From Callorhinchus milii (Eukaryota), in NCBI RefSeq assembly GCF_018977255.1, contig NW_024704766.1, positions 7,564,001 through 7,628,000 of the forward strand: a DNA stretch of 64,000 nucleotides. The letters run 5' to 3'. Below are positions 37,901 through 51,470 of the stretch, piece after piece. The notes under the pieces are model-generated. The model searched no databases. It was not told where the DNA came from and was given only the letters and a program-made list of their open reading frames with translations. Within the stretch, counting starts at the first letter, position 1; every line of letters begins with the position of its first letter. The position numbers and the translations under genes were made by a program.

Positions 37901-38399
37901 ACGTGCTATCAACTAGGTGGTATATCAATTGCTATTTATCACTTATCAAGCTCACAGCCTGTGTTACAGGTCAAACCTGTACCCCTCAGCACATAAGAGT
38001 TATCAGGAGAGGCAAGAGAAGCTGAGATTATTATTCTCCTCAGAGCAGAGAAAGTTAAGAGGACACTTAATAGAAGTTTTCAAAATGATGAGGGGATTCG
38101 ATAGAGTGAACAAGGAGAAACTATTCCCACTGGCGGGTGGGTCGGTAACCTGAGGACACCGATTTAAAATAGTTGTTAAAAGAAACAGGGGAGTTGAGGA
38201 GAAATGTTTTCACACAGCGAGTTGTTGGGATCTGAGTGAGAGACATGGGTTCGATTCCTGACCACTGAGCTACAGGACTCCACAAATAGCATGAAACCTG
38301 CAGCCTGTTCCCATTGTTTAGCATTAAGTTTATCATTATGTCGTGTTGCCTGGTTGAAAGAATCATTCATAATAATCCTTGCATTTGATACAGCGCCTT

Positions 38400-38910
38400 T
38401 TAACCTCCACTTCACCCCCTCCTGCTCAACCTCTGCTGACTTCTCCTCCCTCCTCATCCACTCCCCCACCTACGACCGTGGCCACCCCCTTGACCTGGTG
38501 ATCACCCGGGGCCTCACCATCTCGGACATCATCATCGTCAATAAAGCCAGCTTGGACCAGCACTTCATCTCCCTCAACACCTCAGTACCCCTTCCCCTTT
38601 CCCAACCCTCCACCATCACATACCGTCCATGGNAAAAAATTTCCTCCTTCTTCCTCCACTGTCCTGGAGTCATCTGAACTCCTACACCTCTGGCCCTCAT
38701 TGACCGATCTACCCTCCTCACTCTCCTTTCTCCACAACCCCCTCTCCTCTATTCTGGGCTCCCTTGCCCCCCTCACCTCCTGAACTGCCTCATACTTCCA
38801 TAAATCCCCCTGGTACACTAGCCACCTTCGTTCCCTCAAGGCACAAGTGCGAGCTGCCGAACGTGCCTGGACCAAATCCAAACTAACGGTCCATCGGCAG
38901 ATTTGGCTTC
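38400..38910 (+). mobile_element. L2 LINE endonuclease-region fragment
   Basis: FNLHF...PTYDRGHPLDLVITRGL motif. Confidence 0.75.
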
Positions 38911-40937
38911 ATCGACACAGACACAATGGGCCGAATGGCCTCCTTCTGTGTTGTATAATTCTGTAATTCTAAGAGGGGTATTTACCCACATTCCAATTTC
39001 CTTTACTGCCCCTTCTCAGCCCTCAGAGACGCTAACCCAGGATGAAGGGCATTATAATAAAGTCAAGTAGTTATTGAAAATTTCTGGGTTTCTGTTTCAC
39101 ACACGCAGCGTTCGGCGATTTTTAATATTTTCCACAGCTACATCAACATTTCATTTCTAAACCAAAATGTGACATAGCTTCTCAGAATGCGTGTCATTTT
39201 AACGGGTCTGCTTTAAAAACAAGCTGTGTGGTTAGCAATTTCCAATGCTATAACCTTTAGGGCCTGAAGGTCACTTATACAGTAGTTTCAATATTAAATG
39301 CAATCAACATGTACTGACATTCCTGGATATAAATTACTATGATATAACCGTGCAAACTGGAATTCCCCTGAAGATGAGTTTCCCGAAATCCTCAGTGTAT
39401 AATCTAAAGTGAAGACAAAGTCTAACGTAGTAAGTGAGCAAGGCAAGCAGGAAGGGACAAAGACTGAGTCACGAAGCGTTTCCATGCAATAAACCATGTT
39501 TATTAAACACAAAAGAATGGTTAGTAACACCAAAATGAAAGGTCCACTGCACCAAACTCATACACTTGGAAATCTGGAACTGCCCTCCCAATCCAAAATA
39601 GCCCCGAAAACAAGGTCACAAAGCAGCCTCTTGATTGCGGTCAGAATTGAAATGCTCTGGTCAGGGAAGCAGTCAGGGTCACAGTGGTTTGGGTCCCTTT
39701 GATGACACCCCATGTTATAACCCGCTGCGCTATAGTTACGGATAATGTCAGCCACGTTGACGTGGTTGAGTTGTGCAGGTGGATTGCTGGGGCTGTACGC
39801 TGTGAGCCAGGCAGTCAGCCCCAGGGGTGTTGAGGCCTGATTGGAGGGTTGCCTTTTCACGATACAATATGAGGTGCAAAACAAAGGACAATATACAGGC
39901 CCATAGTGCAGCGCAGTAGAACGAGGTCCGACTGTGCAACTGGATACTCGATTAGTGTTAGCAACTGCTGCATCACAGCAAGAGTCAGAAAGCTGGGAGT
40001 TGAAGCACTTTGTTGAAGGCTGGTGCCCTCTGCACATCCTGCTTCAGTCCCACATCCGGAGCTTCCGCCTTCGCCCCTAATATGATGAATAAATACTTGC
40101 TCATTCGCTGTGTTGTGGCCATTGCAAATGTTAAGCATCACTTAAGGTCTTGAATCTAACAGTCAACCACCATCTAAACAGCAGCTTCTCAGGCAGCAGA
40201 GTCACGTCAAGCTGTGTGGCCACGTGAATGAACTACAATCTCCAATAAGATCTAACCTGTTGCTCTGATCCCACGTGGGTCAGGATAATGCTGGCACACA
40301 CCACACACACACACCCTGTAGCCTGGGCGAAGCAGCAACAGTACAGCAGGTATGAGGACATGTTGATCTGCATTGATTAGACCACAAAACACTGCTTTTC
40401 AAGGCTATAAGATTTCCCAACTTGTTGAGGAAGTTAAATGTGTGAAAATTACAATTCTTTTAACCTGAGCCTGTACTGATAGACAGGAGCCTGGGAGGAG
40501 GGACACTGATACTGATGTGCCAAGACCCTGTGTCCAGTGCAGATGGAGACAGTGAGTTTACACTTGGGGTAAAACAGCCATGAGAGGCAGAGGCAGCCAC
40601 ACTGACAGTCCTCGCCCAGCCTGACGTTTGTGTTACATTGTAGAAAACTCAATCTGAAAGCCCATTGTTTTTAGGAACTGGGCTTTCAAATTAGGACTGC
40701 GTTTGGGAATTTTCCACATTACTGCACAATATTCAATTGATGACAAAATGGTGTAATGGGCTCAGACCAGGTGGAATTTCAGGTCTTAAATCCTGTCCTT
40801 TGTTTTGCACCTCAAGTTGTATCATGAAAAGGCAACCCTCCACTCAGGCCTCAATACCTTACAGTTTAGTGAGGATCATCTTGCTGGTGTGATCAGGACT
40901 CAATGAACTGTTTCACACAATCACCCCATCATGTACA

Positions 40938-43900
40938 TCAGTGTTCCGCTGGCTCGGCGTAATCTTCTGTCTTCATGTCATTCAGTCCCAGATCATCGTT
41001 CTGTTCAAAGCTGCGCTCGTATTTCTCAATCTTCAGCTCGGGGTCGGGGTCTGGGGCGTACAGATTCTACAGAGAGGGAAACAGCCAGAGGCAGTTAGCT
41101 TGTATCAAAAGGCAATCACTCAGCTGCGTCTTTTTATTAATCGTCTGATAGGCCTATAATAATCCTTACATTTGATATAGCGCCTAATCACGCCTTTAAG
41201 ATGCCTCAAAGCGCTTCACAGAATAAACTGTAAAGTAAAATGACTTTATATTTTGTGGGCGAACCGCGGCAGCCAATGGCGGAGCAGCGTCCCACAAACA
41301 GTCGTGAATTGAGTGAGCAAATTATTATTTTTTTTTGAAGAGATTATTATCTCACGAAAAGCAATCCGCCTACATACCAGGTTCCTACTTACTGCTGGTA
41401 AACAGAGGTGAGTGGAGTAAGGGAACTTGCCCATTGTTTTGCCCTGCCAGGAACTGAACCCAGGTCTTAACTGGCTGTGGGACTTGCTGTTGTGAAACAG
41501 TAGTCACTGCACTCCATGATAATTACTGTAAAGCTTTTTTGAGGGGATAACGTGAAAAGGTGCTATAAAAACGCAAGTTCTTTCCATCTTTCCTTTCCTC
41601 ACTGAGATTCAAGTCCACACCGGTGGGTTTGTAAATGGACAACTTGCATTTACACATAATAATAATAATAATAATAATCCTTGCATTTGATATAGCGCTT
41701 TCCACGTTGGGAGGACGTCCCAAAGCTCTTCACAGAACACACTGTAAAGTGAATTGACTGTATATTTGTGGGTGAACGTGGCAGCCAATTGCGCACAGCA
41801 ATGTCCCACAAACAGTCGTAGACTGAAAATGACCAATTTATTATTGTTTTGTTTTGGAGGGATTATTATTAGGCTCTGTGTGGAGTAAGGAAACTTGCCC
41901 AAGGTTTCGCCCTCTGCCTGGAATTGAACTCAGGTCTCTCACTTGCAAAGCGAGTGCTCCAACTGAGCTACAGGACTCCACAATGAGAGCGAGTGGTAGC
42001 GAGACAGAGCACTTGACAGTGGCGGAGCACGACCCCCGAGCCAGGGAGAGGGGGAGGTAACCATAGGCACGGTCGAAAAGGGACGACGTGAAGATGAGGA
42101 AGGAGGGGGCAAGGCGGAGGGAGAGAGGGAGAGTGTCCCAGAGTGTCGGGGCATAATGGCTGAAAGTGCGTTAGAAGGCAAATGTGTGTGTTCAAGTTTC
42201 CCCGCTGGCAGCAAGTCAAATGTTCTGCTCACGCAGAGCAGCTGTGCGTCCTGACACCATGCAGGGTCCTCTCCTTGTCTCGTTAAGATGCTCTGAAGCG
42301 ACCTGCAGACAACCTGCGTATATCAGCACTGACCTGAAGGTAGCTGTTCCCCGCTGGGTCATCCAGGACCACGTGAGCTTCTCTTTTAGCTGAAATGATC
42401 TGTTTCAGGAAAAGGAACAAAAATTTAAAATGTTATCCTCCTCCTCCAAAAATAAACACGTGAAAAGTGGTGACTTTACAAAGTGAAAAGTTTCCCTCAA
42501 AAAGCTCCTCAGAGGGAGAGTCAGTGGTTAGTGTAGTCCTGTAACTCAGTGATTAAAGCACTTGCCTCGCAAGCAAGAAACCCGTGTTTGATTCCCAGTA
42601 GGGCGAAACTTTGGGCAGTTTCCTTACTCCACACCTCTGTTTACCAGCAGCAAGTAGGAGTCCGATCATTAGTCGATTGGAGGATCGTTTTTCCGGGTAT
42701 AGTAATCCCTCCAAAAAAAATTGGTTTGTGGGACTCTGCTGTGGGCTGCCGGTAAAAGTGACAGAATCGCTGCCGCATTTCGCCCACAAAATGTACTTTA
42801 TAAATCACTTTAGAGTATACAACGTGAAAAGGCACTCTATCAAATGAAAGATTGTTATTATTATTAGTCTGCACAGATTGGGAATCAGTGGTTGATGCTA
42901 CACGTGGGTTTGTCTGACCCGTGTTCAGGACATCACTGATTATCAGTCACAGGCTGGAGTTGGTCAGGAATCTGATATCAGTTTAATGTGAGAGTTGGGA
43001 ATGTCGATCCTGTCACTTTTACCCGCAGCTCCTTACCTCGCTCAGCTTGTCCCCAAATTCCTGCAGCTTCTCGGACCTATCGGAGGTGATGCTGTCACCC
43101 ACGATGAATGGATTCTTCTCCACGATCTGAGGACAACAAGGAGAGAACGGCATCAGTCTCTCACTCACTGCGATTGGCAGGAACCCACAGCCACACAGGG
43201 AACACAGGGCAGCCGAGTGCTGCTCCCTCAAAATGGGCAACAGCTCATCATACAACCGCCTGTCGCGGGTACAGGCCGGCGCCGCGGGTACAGGCCGGCG
43301 CCGCGGGTACAGGCCGGCGCCGCGGGTACAGGCCGGCGCCGCGAGTACAGGCCGGCGCCGCGGGTACAGGCCGGCGCCGCGGGTACAGGCCGGCGCCGCG
43401 GGTACAGGCCGGCGCCACGAGTACAGGCTGGCGCCGCGGGTACAGGCCGGCGCCGCGGGTACAGGCTCGTTATAGAGACATGCAATCAGTGCAGTGTGTA
43501 TGTCCACACAGACTGTGTGTGTTTTGGTCGGTGCGCGTGTGGTGGGAAATGATTTATGTATATATGTGAGCGAGCGAGTGTTAGTGTAAAGACAATCATG
43601 TGGTAAAACCATAGCAACAGAAGTGCCAGCTGCACACTCAAGAGTCACTAACGAACACTAGGGAAGGACACAGGTTGACAGGGGACAGGGTTCACTCCAC
43701 TAATTTGGGGGGTGGGGGGGAGAGAGATAGGAAAGCACCCACTCCTGTCCCCTCCCTCGCCAGCAGCTTGAGCCCTGCCCCTGGAGAAGTCTCACCAGCT
43801 CTTTTATGTCCTGCAGCAGCCCTTCCAGAGTGGTGAACTTGCCTCCGAGGAGTGCTTGGCCCAACTCAAACTCCAGCTCAGGAATCGCAATGGAGCAGGT

Positions 43901-46900
43901 TTCAGACTAGGACAGAGAGAAAGACAGAGAGAGATTTCAGACAAGGAGACACAGAGTGGGGTCAGTGGGGCCCGAGCCTGGGCTGGCCCGAGTCAGGCCT
44001 ACCTTCAGCAGGTCCCTGGTCATGTCGCTGGGGTCGGTGATGCGGAGGGTGATTCTGGTTCCCAGAGGCTCAGTGCCTCCTCCCGACTTCACCTGAAACA
44101 TCAAACTGTGGTGAGAGAGGGGCTCCGGCTCCACACACACCCACATACACAGAACCACCCCCACCCCATACACAGCCCCCCCCCCCCCACCCGCCGACAC
44201 AGCCCTCCCACCCCATACACAGCACTCCCCCACACACACAAACACCCACACGCAGGCCCACCCACCCACACGCGCAGCCCCACCCACCCACACGCGCAGC
44301 CCCACCCACCCACACGCGCAGCCCCACCCACCCACACGCGCAGCCCCACCCACCCACACGCGCAGCCCCACCCACCACACGCGCAGCCCACCCACCCACA
44401 CGCGCAGCCCCACCCACCCACACGCGCAGCCCCACCCACCCACACGCGCAGCCCACCCACCCACACGCGCAGCCCCACCCACCCACACGCGCAGCCCCAC
44501 CCACCCACACGCGCAGCCCCACCCACCACACGCGCAGCCCCACCCACCCACACGCGCAGCCCCACCCACCCACACGCGCAGCCCCACCCACCCACACGCC
44601 CAGCCCACCACCCACACGCCCAGCCCCACCCACCCACACGCCCAGCCCCACCCACGCCCAGCCCCACCCACGCGCAGCCCCACCCACACACACGCGCAGC
44701 CCCACCCACACACACGCGCAGCCCCACCCACACACACGCGCAGCCCCACCCACCCACACGCGCAGCCCCACCCACCCACACGCGCAGCCCCACCCACCCA
44801 CACGCGCAGCCCCACCCACCCACACGCGCAGCCCCACCCACCCACACGCGCAGCCCCACCCACACGCGCAGCCCCACCCACCCACACGCGCAGCCCCACC
44901 ACCCACACGCGCAGCCCACCCACCCACACACGCGCAGCCCCACCCACCCACACACACGCAGCCCCACCCACCCACACACACGCAGCCCGACCCACTCACA
45001 CACGCAGCCCGACCCACTCACACACGCAGCCCGACCCACTCACACACGCAGCCCCACCCACACGCAGCCCCACCCACACGCAGCCCCACCCACACGCAGC
45101 CCCACCCACACGCAGCCCCACCCACACCCAGTGCCCCTCCACACAAAGCTGTTACCTCATTAGTGCGGTGCCCGCAGGTCTCACAGACAGTAGCCATGAT
45201 AATGACCTCCCTGAAGTGTGGAATTTCTGGATAACATCAGTCAAAGAAAACAAGAAAAACACAGCAGGAACCGTGGGGCTGAGGGTGACAGCGGGGCTGG
45301 GGGTGACAGCGGGGCTGGGGGTGACAGCGGGGCTGGGGGTGACAGCGGGGCTGGGGGTGACAGCGGGGCTGGGGGTGACAGCGGGGCTGGGGGTGACAGA
45401 GGGGGTGGGGGTGACAGAGGGGGTGGGGTGACAGAGGGGGTGGGGGTGACAGAGGGGTGGGGCTGGGGGTGGCAGAGGGGGTGGGGCTGGGGGTGGCAGA
45501 GGGGGTGGGGCTGGGGGTGGCAGAGGGGCTGGGGGTGGCAGAGGGGTGGGAGTGGCAGAGGGGTGGGGCTGGGGGTGGCAGAGGGGGTGGGGCTGGGGGT
45601 GGCAGAGGGGTGGGGCTGGGGGTGGCAGAGGGGGTGGGAGTGGCAGAGGGGTGGGGCTGGGGGTGGGGCTGGCAGAGGGGGTGGGGCTGGGGGTGGGGCT
45701 GGGGGTGGCAGAGGGGGTGGGGCTGGGGGTGGCAGAGGGGGTGGGGGTGGCAGAGGGGGTGGGGCTGGGGGTGGCAGAGGGGGTGGGGCTGGGGGTGGCA
45801 GAGGGGGTGGGGCTGGGGGTGGCAGAGGGGGTGGGGCTGGGGGTGGCAGAGGGGGTGGGGCTGGGAGTGGCAGAGGGGGTGGGGCTGGGGGTGGCAGAGG
45901 CAGGAATCGGGCACAAGGCAAGAGGAGAAGCCGGGGAGCGACAGTAACCGATCAGGTCTGGGCCGAGGGTTCCCAGCAGTGACAGCGCCCACACGTGTGC
46001 CACCCGTGTCCTGGTCTCCCTCGTCGTTTCCACAGTAATCTCAAACATTTCCTGCCATCAAAAGGATACTCAGCAACTTCATGTTGGTCTCAGCGGGAGC
46101 GTTACACTCCGGGCAGTTAGTAGCGAACTGCAGCACCTGAGAGAGGGAAGGAGAGAGGGAGAGGAGGGAGGGGGAGAGACAGGGCGGGAGGGAGGGGGAG
46201 GGTGTGTGTGAGGGAGGGTGTGAGAGGGAGAGAAACAGGGAGGGAGGGAAGGGAGGGGGAGAGAGAGGATGTGAAAGGGAAGGTGTGAGAGAGTGAGGGG
46301 GGGGTGGGAGGAAGGGCGTGAAGGAGAGAGAAGGTTGGTGTGGGAGGGAAAGAGGGGGGAGACAGAGAGGGAGGGGGGGGAGAGACAGAGAGGGAAGAAG
46401 GGAGGGGGGAGACAGAAGGAGGGGACAGAGAGAGAGGAAAGGAGTGAGGGGGGGCCAGAGGGGGAGGGAGGGGAGGGAGGGAGAGCGAGAGAGGGGGGGG
46501 GGAAACAGAGAGGGAGTGAGCACGGAGAGAGGGAGGGAGGGAGTGGGGGGGGGCAGAGGGGGAGGGAGGGAGAGAGAGAGGGAGGAAGAGATTGAAGGGG
46601 GAGGGGGGACAGAGAGGGAGGGAGGGAGTGTGGGGACAGAGAGAGAGGGAGGGGGGAGAGAGGGAGGGGGGGGAAGAGAGGGAGGGAGGGGCGGAAGAGA
46701 GGGGGGCAAAGAGGAGAGGGGGCGGGGACAGAGAGAGAGGCAGGGAGGGGGCAGGGGGGTGGGAGAGAGAGTGAGTGAGGGGAGAGAGAGTGCGAGTGAG
46801 GGAGTGTGGGGGGAGGGAGTGGGGAGAGAGGGAGGGAGAGAGAGTGGGTGAGAGGGAGGGAGATCTCAGAGAGACATCCCGTACTCAGTTCATTAAACGC

Positions 46901-49900
46901 GAGCGAATAAAATGCCCCCCATGGCTCCGTCTTACTGTACCCCCCATAAGAGATGAGAATGCCATCAGTAATCAGGCTGAGTGTTACTGTCAGGCCCTTA
47001 CAGTCAGTGATGGATGGCCAGACAGACACTTACCTCTTTCCTCATTTCCTCCAGAGTGTTTCCTGGCTTCTCCTCTTCCTCTTCCTCCGCCTGCGAACAC
47101 ACAACAAATATCAGTGTTTGCACCTCCTCGCACACAGGGTCTGTCTCCTGTAAACAGCTGTGTGTGTGTATTCTGCCCTTTCCTCTGGGTTCCGGCCTCG
47201 CCTGGGAGTCCTGCAGCTCAGTGGTAAGAGCACTTGCCTCGCAAGCGAGAGGACCTGCGTTTGATTCCCAGGCAGGGCAAAACCTTAGGTAAGTTTCTCT
47301 ACTCCGCACACCTCTGTTTGCCTAGCAGTAAGTAGGAACCTGCTTGTTAGTCAATTGGTGGATCGCTTTCCGGGGTAATAATCCCTTAAAAGTAATAACA
47401 ATTTGCATTTATATTGCGCCATTCACACTGGACGGCATCCCAGAGCGCTTGATAATAATTTGGTCACTCAATCCATGATCCACAACTGTTTGTGGGACAC
47501 TGACTGATGCATTTTGTCAACAAAATATACAGTCAATTCACTTTACAGTATATTCTGTGAAGCGCTTTGAGACGTCTCAAACTCATGATAAGGCGCTGTA
47601 CCAAATGATTATGATGATTATCGCTGCCCACCTTCAGGCCCAACGCGCTGTCCTGCTGGGCGTCCCGTCTGTACTGAGTCACAGTCAGCGCCTCATCCTT
47701 CTGTGGAGCGTTGGGATTCTCCACAAAGCTGTTCCCTGAGGGATCATCAATGATCTGTGCTGTGACAGAGAGGCTGCATTACCCACAGTAAACACAAACA
47801 ACAACAACTTGCATTTACACAGCCCCACCCTCACGCAAGGTAAGGTCCCGGAGTGCTTAACGGTGGCAGAGCATGACACTGAGCCGGGGGGAAGGGGGAG
47901 TTGACCATAAACACAATCAAAAATGTCTTTAGGAGGGATTTGAAAGTGAGGAGGGATGGGGCAAAGCAGAGGGATTGAGGGAGAGTTTGAGTTTCGGCGT
48001 AGTGGCTGAAGGCACGGAGCAGGGGACAAACAGGAGGTTGGAGCCAGTCAATCAGAGACGGGCATAGTGGGTTGAGGAGCAAGAAGGTGGAAGAGCTAGC
48101 GAGGTTCCAGGGTGTGAAGGGATTTGAAGAGGATCTTGAAATAGGCAAGAAACACTTTGAAGCAGGTCTGTGAGTGGCTGGCCTAAGATGGGGAGGGGGG
48201 GAATGGGGGGGCTGGTTCAGGACTGAAGCGAGGCACAACCTCACTGAGGCGGTGAGGGGGGTGGGGGGCAGGCACCCACCAATGTGAATGGCGTCTCCAC
48301 ATCCTTCAGCTTCTTCATTTTCTCAATGAATTCATCGATTTTGGCTGCTAACGTCGGGTCGGTTGCCTGGGTGGAGGGGACGACAAAGAGGAATAAAAAA
48401 ATCCTTCATTAGAGGCTCAACGCACCCCCCCACACTGCCCCCACCACCAACAACATACCAGAACTACGATTTTTGAGATGTTCATCTAGGGGAAACATTG
48501 TTGTGGCTGAGTGTTTGACGCAGAGATTCATCCAGTGTCAGCACTCACAGCTTTGGCTGTGAGTAACAGCCCGTGTTCAGCCTTCAGCAGCTGCAGTTTA
48601 TTAGTGTCTGATCCACAAGCTGTTACACACAAACTCCAGACACGAATGTTAACACGCCAACGTCATGGATAGGCAGGGCTCTATGCCCAGCCCAGCACAG
48701 TGCCTGAGCCTGGGGTGCGTGGGGGGGGATAGAGGGCACCGAGTACTGGTAACAGCCCGTGCTCACCATGACGTCTCTAACACAGACCCCTACCTTGCGT
48801 ACGGGCTGCTCCTGCTCCAAACCAGTGATCGTTCGGTCAATCAGACCCTCCAGCGTGGAGAGAGCTGCAGGGAGAGGGACAGGTCAGGGTGGAGATTCAG
48901 TCCATAGTATACAGCCCTCAGCCCCCAGCAGCCTCAGTAGACACGCCCTGAAACTATAGAACACTTTCCTTCTATCACTCCGCCTTGCCCCTTCTTTCCC
49001 CATCTTCAGGTCCGCCGGAAGACACTTTTAAGCGCTTTGAGACGTCTCGAAGATGTGATAAGGTGCCATATCAAATGCAAAGATTATTATTATCACATCT
49101 TCTTCGACCATGCCTACGGTCACCTCCTCCCTCCCCCGGCTTGGAGTTGTGCTCCGCCACTGTCAAGCTCTCTGGGACAATGCCCTGCGTGAGCGGTGCT
49201 GGGAAATGCAAGTTGTTGATGCGCTGCAGCCCCCGGGTTCACTGTATAAAAGCTGCTGTTATTCTGCGACACTCACCCCCTTTCTGTGTGAAAGCCGGAA
49301 TCTCAAAGTCCAGCTCCGGGATTCGGGTTGTTGCCGAGTCGGCTTTCACCACCTCGCGGTTCATATCCTGTAAACACACACATGGTCCCATTCACAAACA
49401 CGGACACACAGACCCAGGCAGTTCACACTGGTACACACAAAGCTGGGAGGATCCCTGATACAGCCATTCAACAAACATTTAACCACCTCAGTCTTGAAAA
49501 TGTGAATGGATCCAGCCATAATCCACAGCCTTTTGGGGATGAGAGTTCCAGATTTCCACTCCACTTTGTGAAAAACTGCCCCTGATTTCACTCGTAAATG
49601 GCCTGGCTCTAATTTTAAGACAATGCCCCTTGTTCTGGATTCACCCATCCACCAAAGGACATGGTTTCTCTGTGTCTACCCTATCAAATCCTTTTATTAT
49701 TTTAAACAGGTCAAACAGATCAGCCTCGACCTTCTAAACACAAGAGAATATGAGTCAGGAGTGCGGCCCAGAGCGCAGAGACTTACCTGCATGGAGGAGA
49801 CGCGGAGTGTGTATCTCACTCCCTGCTCCTGGATCCTCCCAGCTGACTGGACCTCACTGTTACTCCAGCCGCAGTGATCACACATGAAGGAGCTCACGAT

Positions 49901-50753
49901 AATCTCTTTGAAGAACGGGATCTTGGTCAGCAGTAATCGCGTCACCCCCTGAGGCAAACGGGACCCACCGGGGAGAGGGTTAGAGCAGAGTGTCAGCCCC
50001 CCACCCCCACACAGAGAGCACAGACACACCCGTTGATACAGGGACAGACCACCCCTCCACAAACACACACAGACACAGCACCCGCACCACACACCCCACC
50101 GCACGTTCGCCCCGACACTCGCTCCCCAGCACATTCCACTCCACACCCTCGACCCGGCACATTCCCCCCCCAGCACGTGTCCGCCCACTCCCCCAGCACA
50201 TGCTCCCCCACCCCTACATCCCCCCCCCCATCACATGCTCTCCCCCACTACATACCCCCCCATCACATGCTCCCCCACTCCTACATCCCCCCACCCCCCC
50301 ATCACATGCTCCCCCCCACTACATACCCCCCATCACATGCTCCCCCCACTACATACCCCCCCCCCCCATCACATGCTCCCCCCCACTACATACCCCCATC
50401 ACATGCTCCCCCCACTACATCCCCCCCCCATCACATGCTCTCCCCCACTACATACCCCCCAGCACATGCTCCCCCACCCCTACACCCCCCCCCATCACAT
50501 GCTCCCCCCCCACTACATACCCCCCACCCCCCATCACATGCTCCCCCCCCACTACATACCCCCCATCACATGCCCCCCCCACTACATCCCCCCCAGCACA
50601 TGCCCCCCGGGGCAGGCCCAGGCCCAGGCCCAGGCTCACATTGCTGTAGCAGTTCATACACAGACTCTCCAGCTCTGTGAGCTCCGGCGCCTCCTCCTCG
50701 GCGCTCAGCTCCGGGAACATCCGCGGCGCGGACTCCTGGATAGCGACGGCCAT
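40938..50753 (-). CDS. ZPR1: Zinc finger protein ZPR1 (ZNF259)
   Basis: 14 phase-consistent exons: 50640-50753 ([10 protein letters not shown]), 49787-49948 ([25 protein letters not shown]), 49277-49367, 48794-48864, 48280-48366, 47632-47754 ([14 protein letters not shown]), 47034-47090, 46070-46136 (TNCPECN), 45156-45226 ([18 protein letters not shown]), 44003-44092, 43796-43906 ([11 protein letters not shown]), 43037-43126, 42334-42399 ([10 protein letters not shown]), 40938-41066 ([11 protein letters not shown]...stop). Confidence 0.98.
41155..41980 (-). mobile_element. Two tRNA-SINE copies in the last ZPR1 intron
   Basis: Copies at about 41155-41465 and 41660-41980 (head ends ggactcc). 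Confidence 0.8.
42530..42870 (+). mobile_element. tRNA-derived SINE
   Basis: Head gtcctgtaactcagtg...tttgattccc; tail attgttattattatt. Confidence 0.75.
43258..43465. repeat. 19-bp CpG-rich VNTR (gcgggtacaggccggcgcc)n, about 11 units
   Basis: Direct reading. Confidence 0.9.
44250..45125. repeat. ~22-bp CA-rich minisatellite (cacgcgcagccccacccaccca)n
   Basis: Direct reading. Confidence 0.9.
45227..46069 (-). other. U12-type (minor spliceosome) GT-AG intron in ZPR1
   Basis: 5' splice site A|GTATCCTTTT at 46069-46060; branch-point-like TTCTTTGAC at 45248-45240, 13 nt from the 3' AG; phase 1 on both sides. Confidence 0.85.
45280..45900. repeat. G-rich VNTR inside the U12 intron
   Basis: (gggctgggggtgacagcg)n grading into (gggctgggggtggcagaggggg)n. 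Confidence 0.9.
46140..46860. repeat. GA-rich purine tract
   Basis: Direct reading. Confidence 0.85.
47203..47620 (+). mobile_element. tRNA-derived SINE (split)
   Basis: Head gggagtcctgcagctcagtggtaagagc; tail near 47600-47620. Confidence 0.75.
50200..50610. repeat. C-rich minisatellite in ZPR1 intron 1
   Basis: (cccccccatcacatgctccccccactacat)n variants. Confidence 0.85.
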
Positions 50754-50910
50754 GGCGTCTCCCTGTCACAGCCCCGGCTCAGGCCCGTCACCGCACCGCC
50801 ACCGCCACCGCCCGCTCCCGGCGCCGCACTCTGCTGCCCCCTCCGGCCTGGAGGACCCGCCGGGAGGACTGGGGTTGGCACGTGGGGCAGTGGCCACGTG
50901 ACAGCCCCAA
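50754..50910 (-). promoter_or_regulatory. ZPR1 CpG-rich promoter / 5' UTR with E-boxes
   Basis: GC/CpG-rich sequence upstream of the ATG; CACGTG near 50879 and CACGTGAC at 50895. Confidence 0.5.
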
Positions 50911-51119
50911 CACACGGCAATAGCAATAATAATAACCTTTGTAACAAAAGGCAAAATACTGCAGATACCGGAAATCTGCTGCAAACACATAGCAGCTCAG
51001 AGGCGGCGCCGGGGAGAGGGCAGTGAGTTACCGCTTCAGGTCAATGACCCGACGAAAGGTCAATGACCTGAAATGTTAACTGATTTTCCTCTCTCCATGG
51101 ATGCTGCCTGATCTCCTAC

Positions 51120-51470
51120 AATAAATCCTTGTATTTGATACAGCGCCTTATCATATCTTCCAGGCGTCTCAAAGCACTTTACAGAATATACTGTAAAGTG
51201 TAGTGACTGTATATTTTGTGGGCGAAACGTGGCAGCCAATTGCGCTCAGCAGTGTCCTACAAACAGTTTTGGATCCATTTTTTCTCAAGGGATTATTATC
51301 CCTGGAAAACAATCCATCAATCGACTAACAAGCGTCTTCCTACTTACTGTAAGGTAAACAGCGGAGTGTGGAGTAAGGAAACTTGCCCAACATTTCGTCC
51401 TTCCTGGGAATCAAACCCAGGTCATCTTGCTTGAGAGGTAGTTGCTCTAACCACTGAGTTACAGGACTCC
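51120..51470 (-). mobile_element. Full-length tRNA-derived SINE
   Basis: Family head (ending ggactcc at about 51469) and tail. Confidence 0.8.

Noticed and set aside
43856-46709. Long ORFs across ZPR1 introns
   Set aside because: Generated by VNTRs and purine tracts; the true ZPR1 exons are short and phase-consistent.
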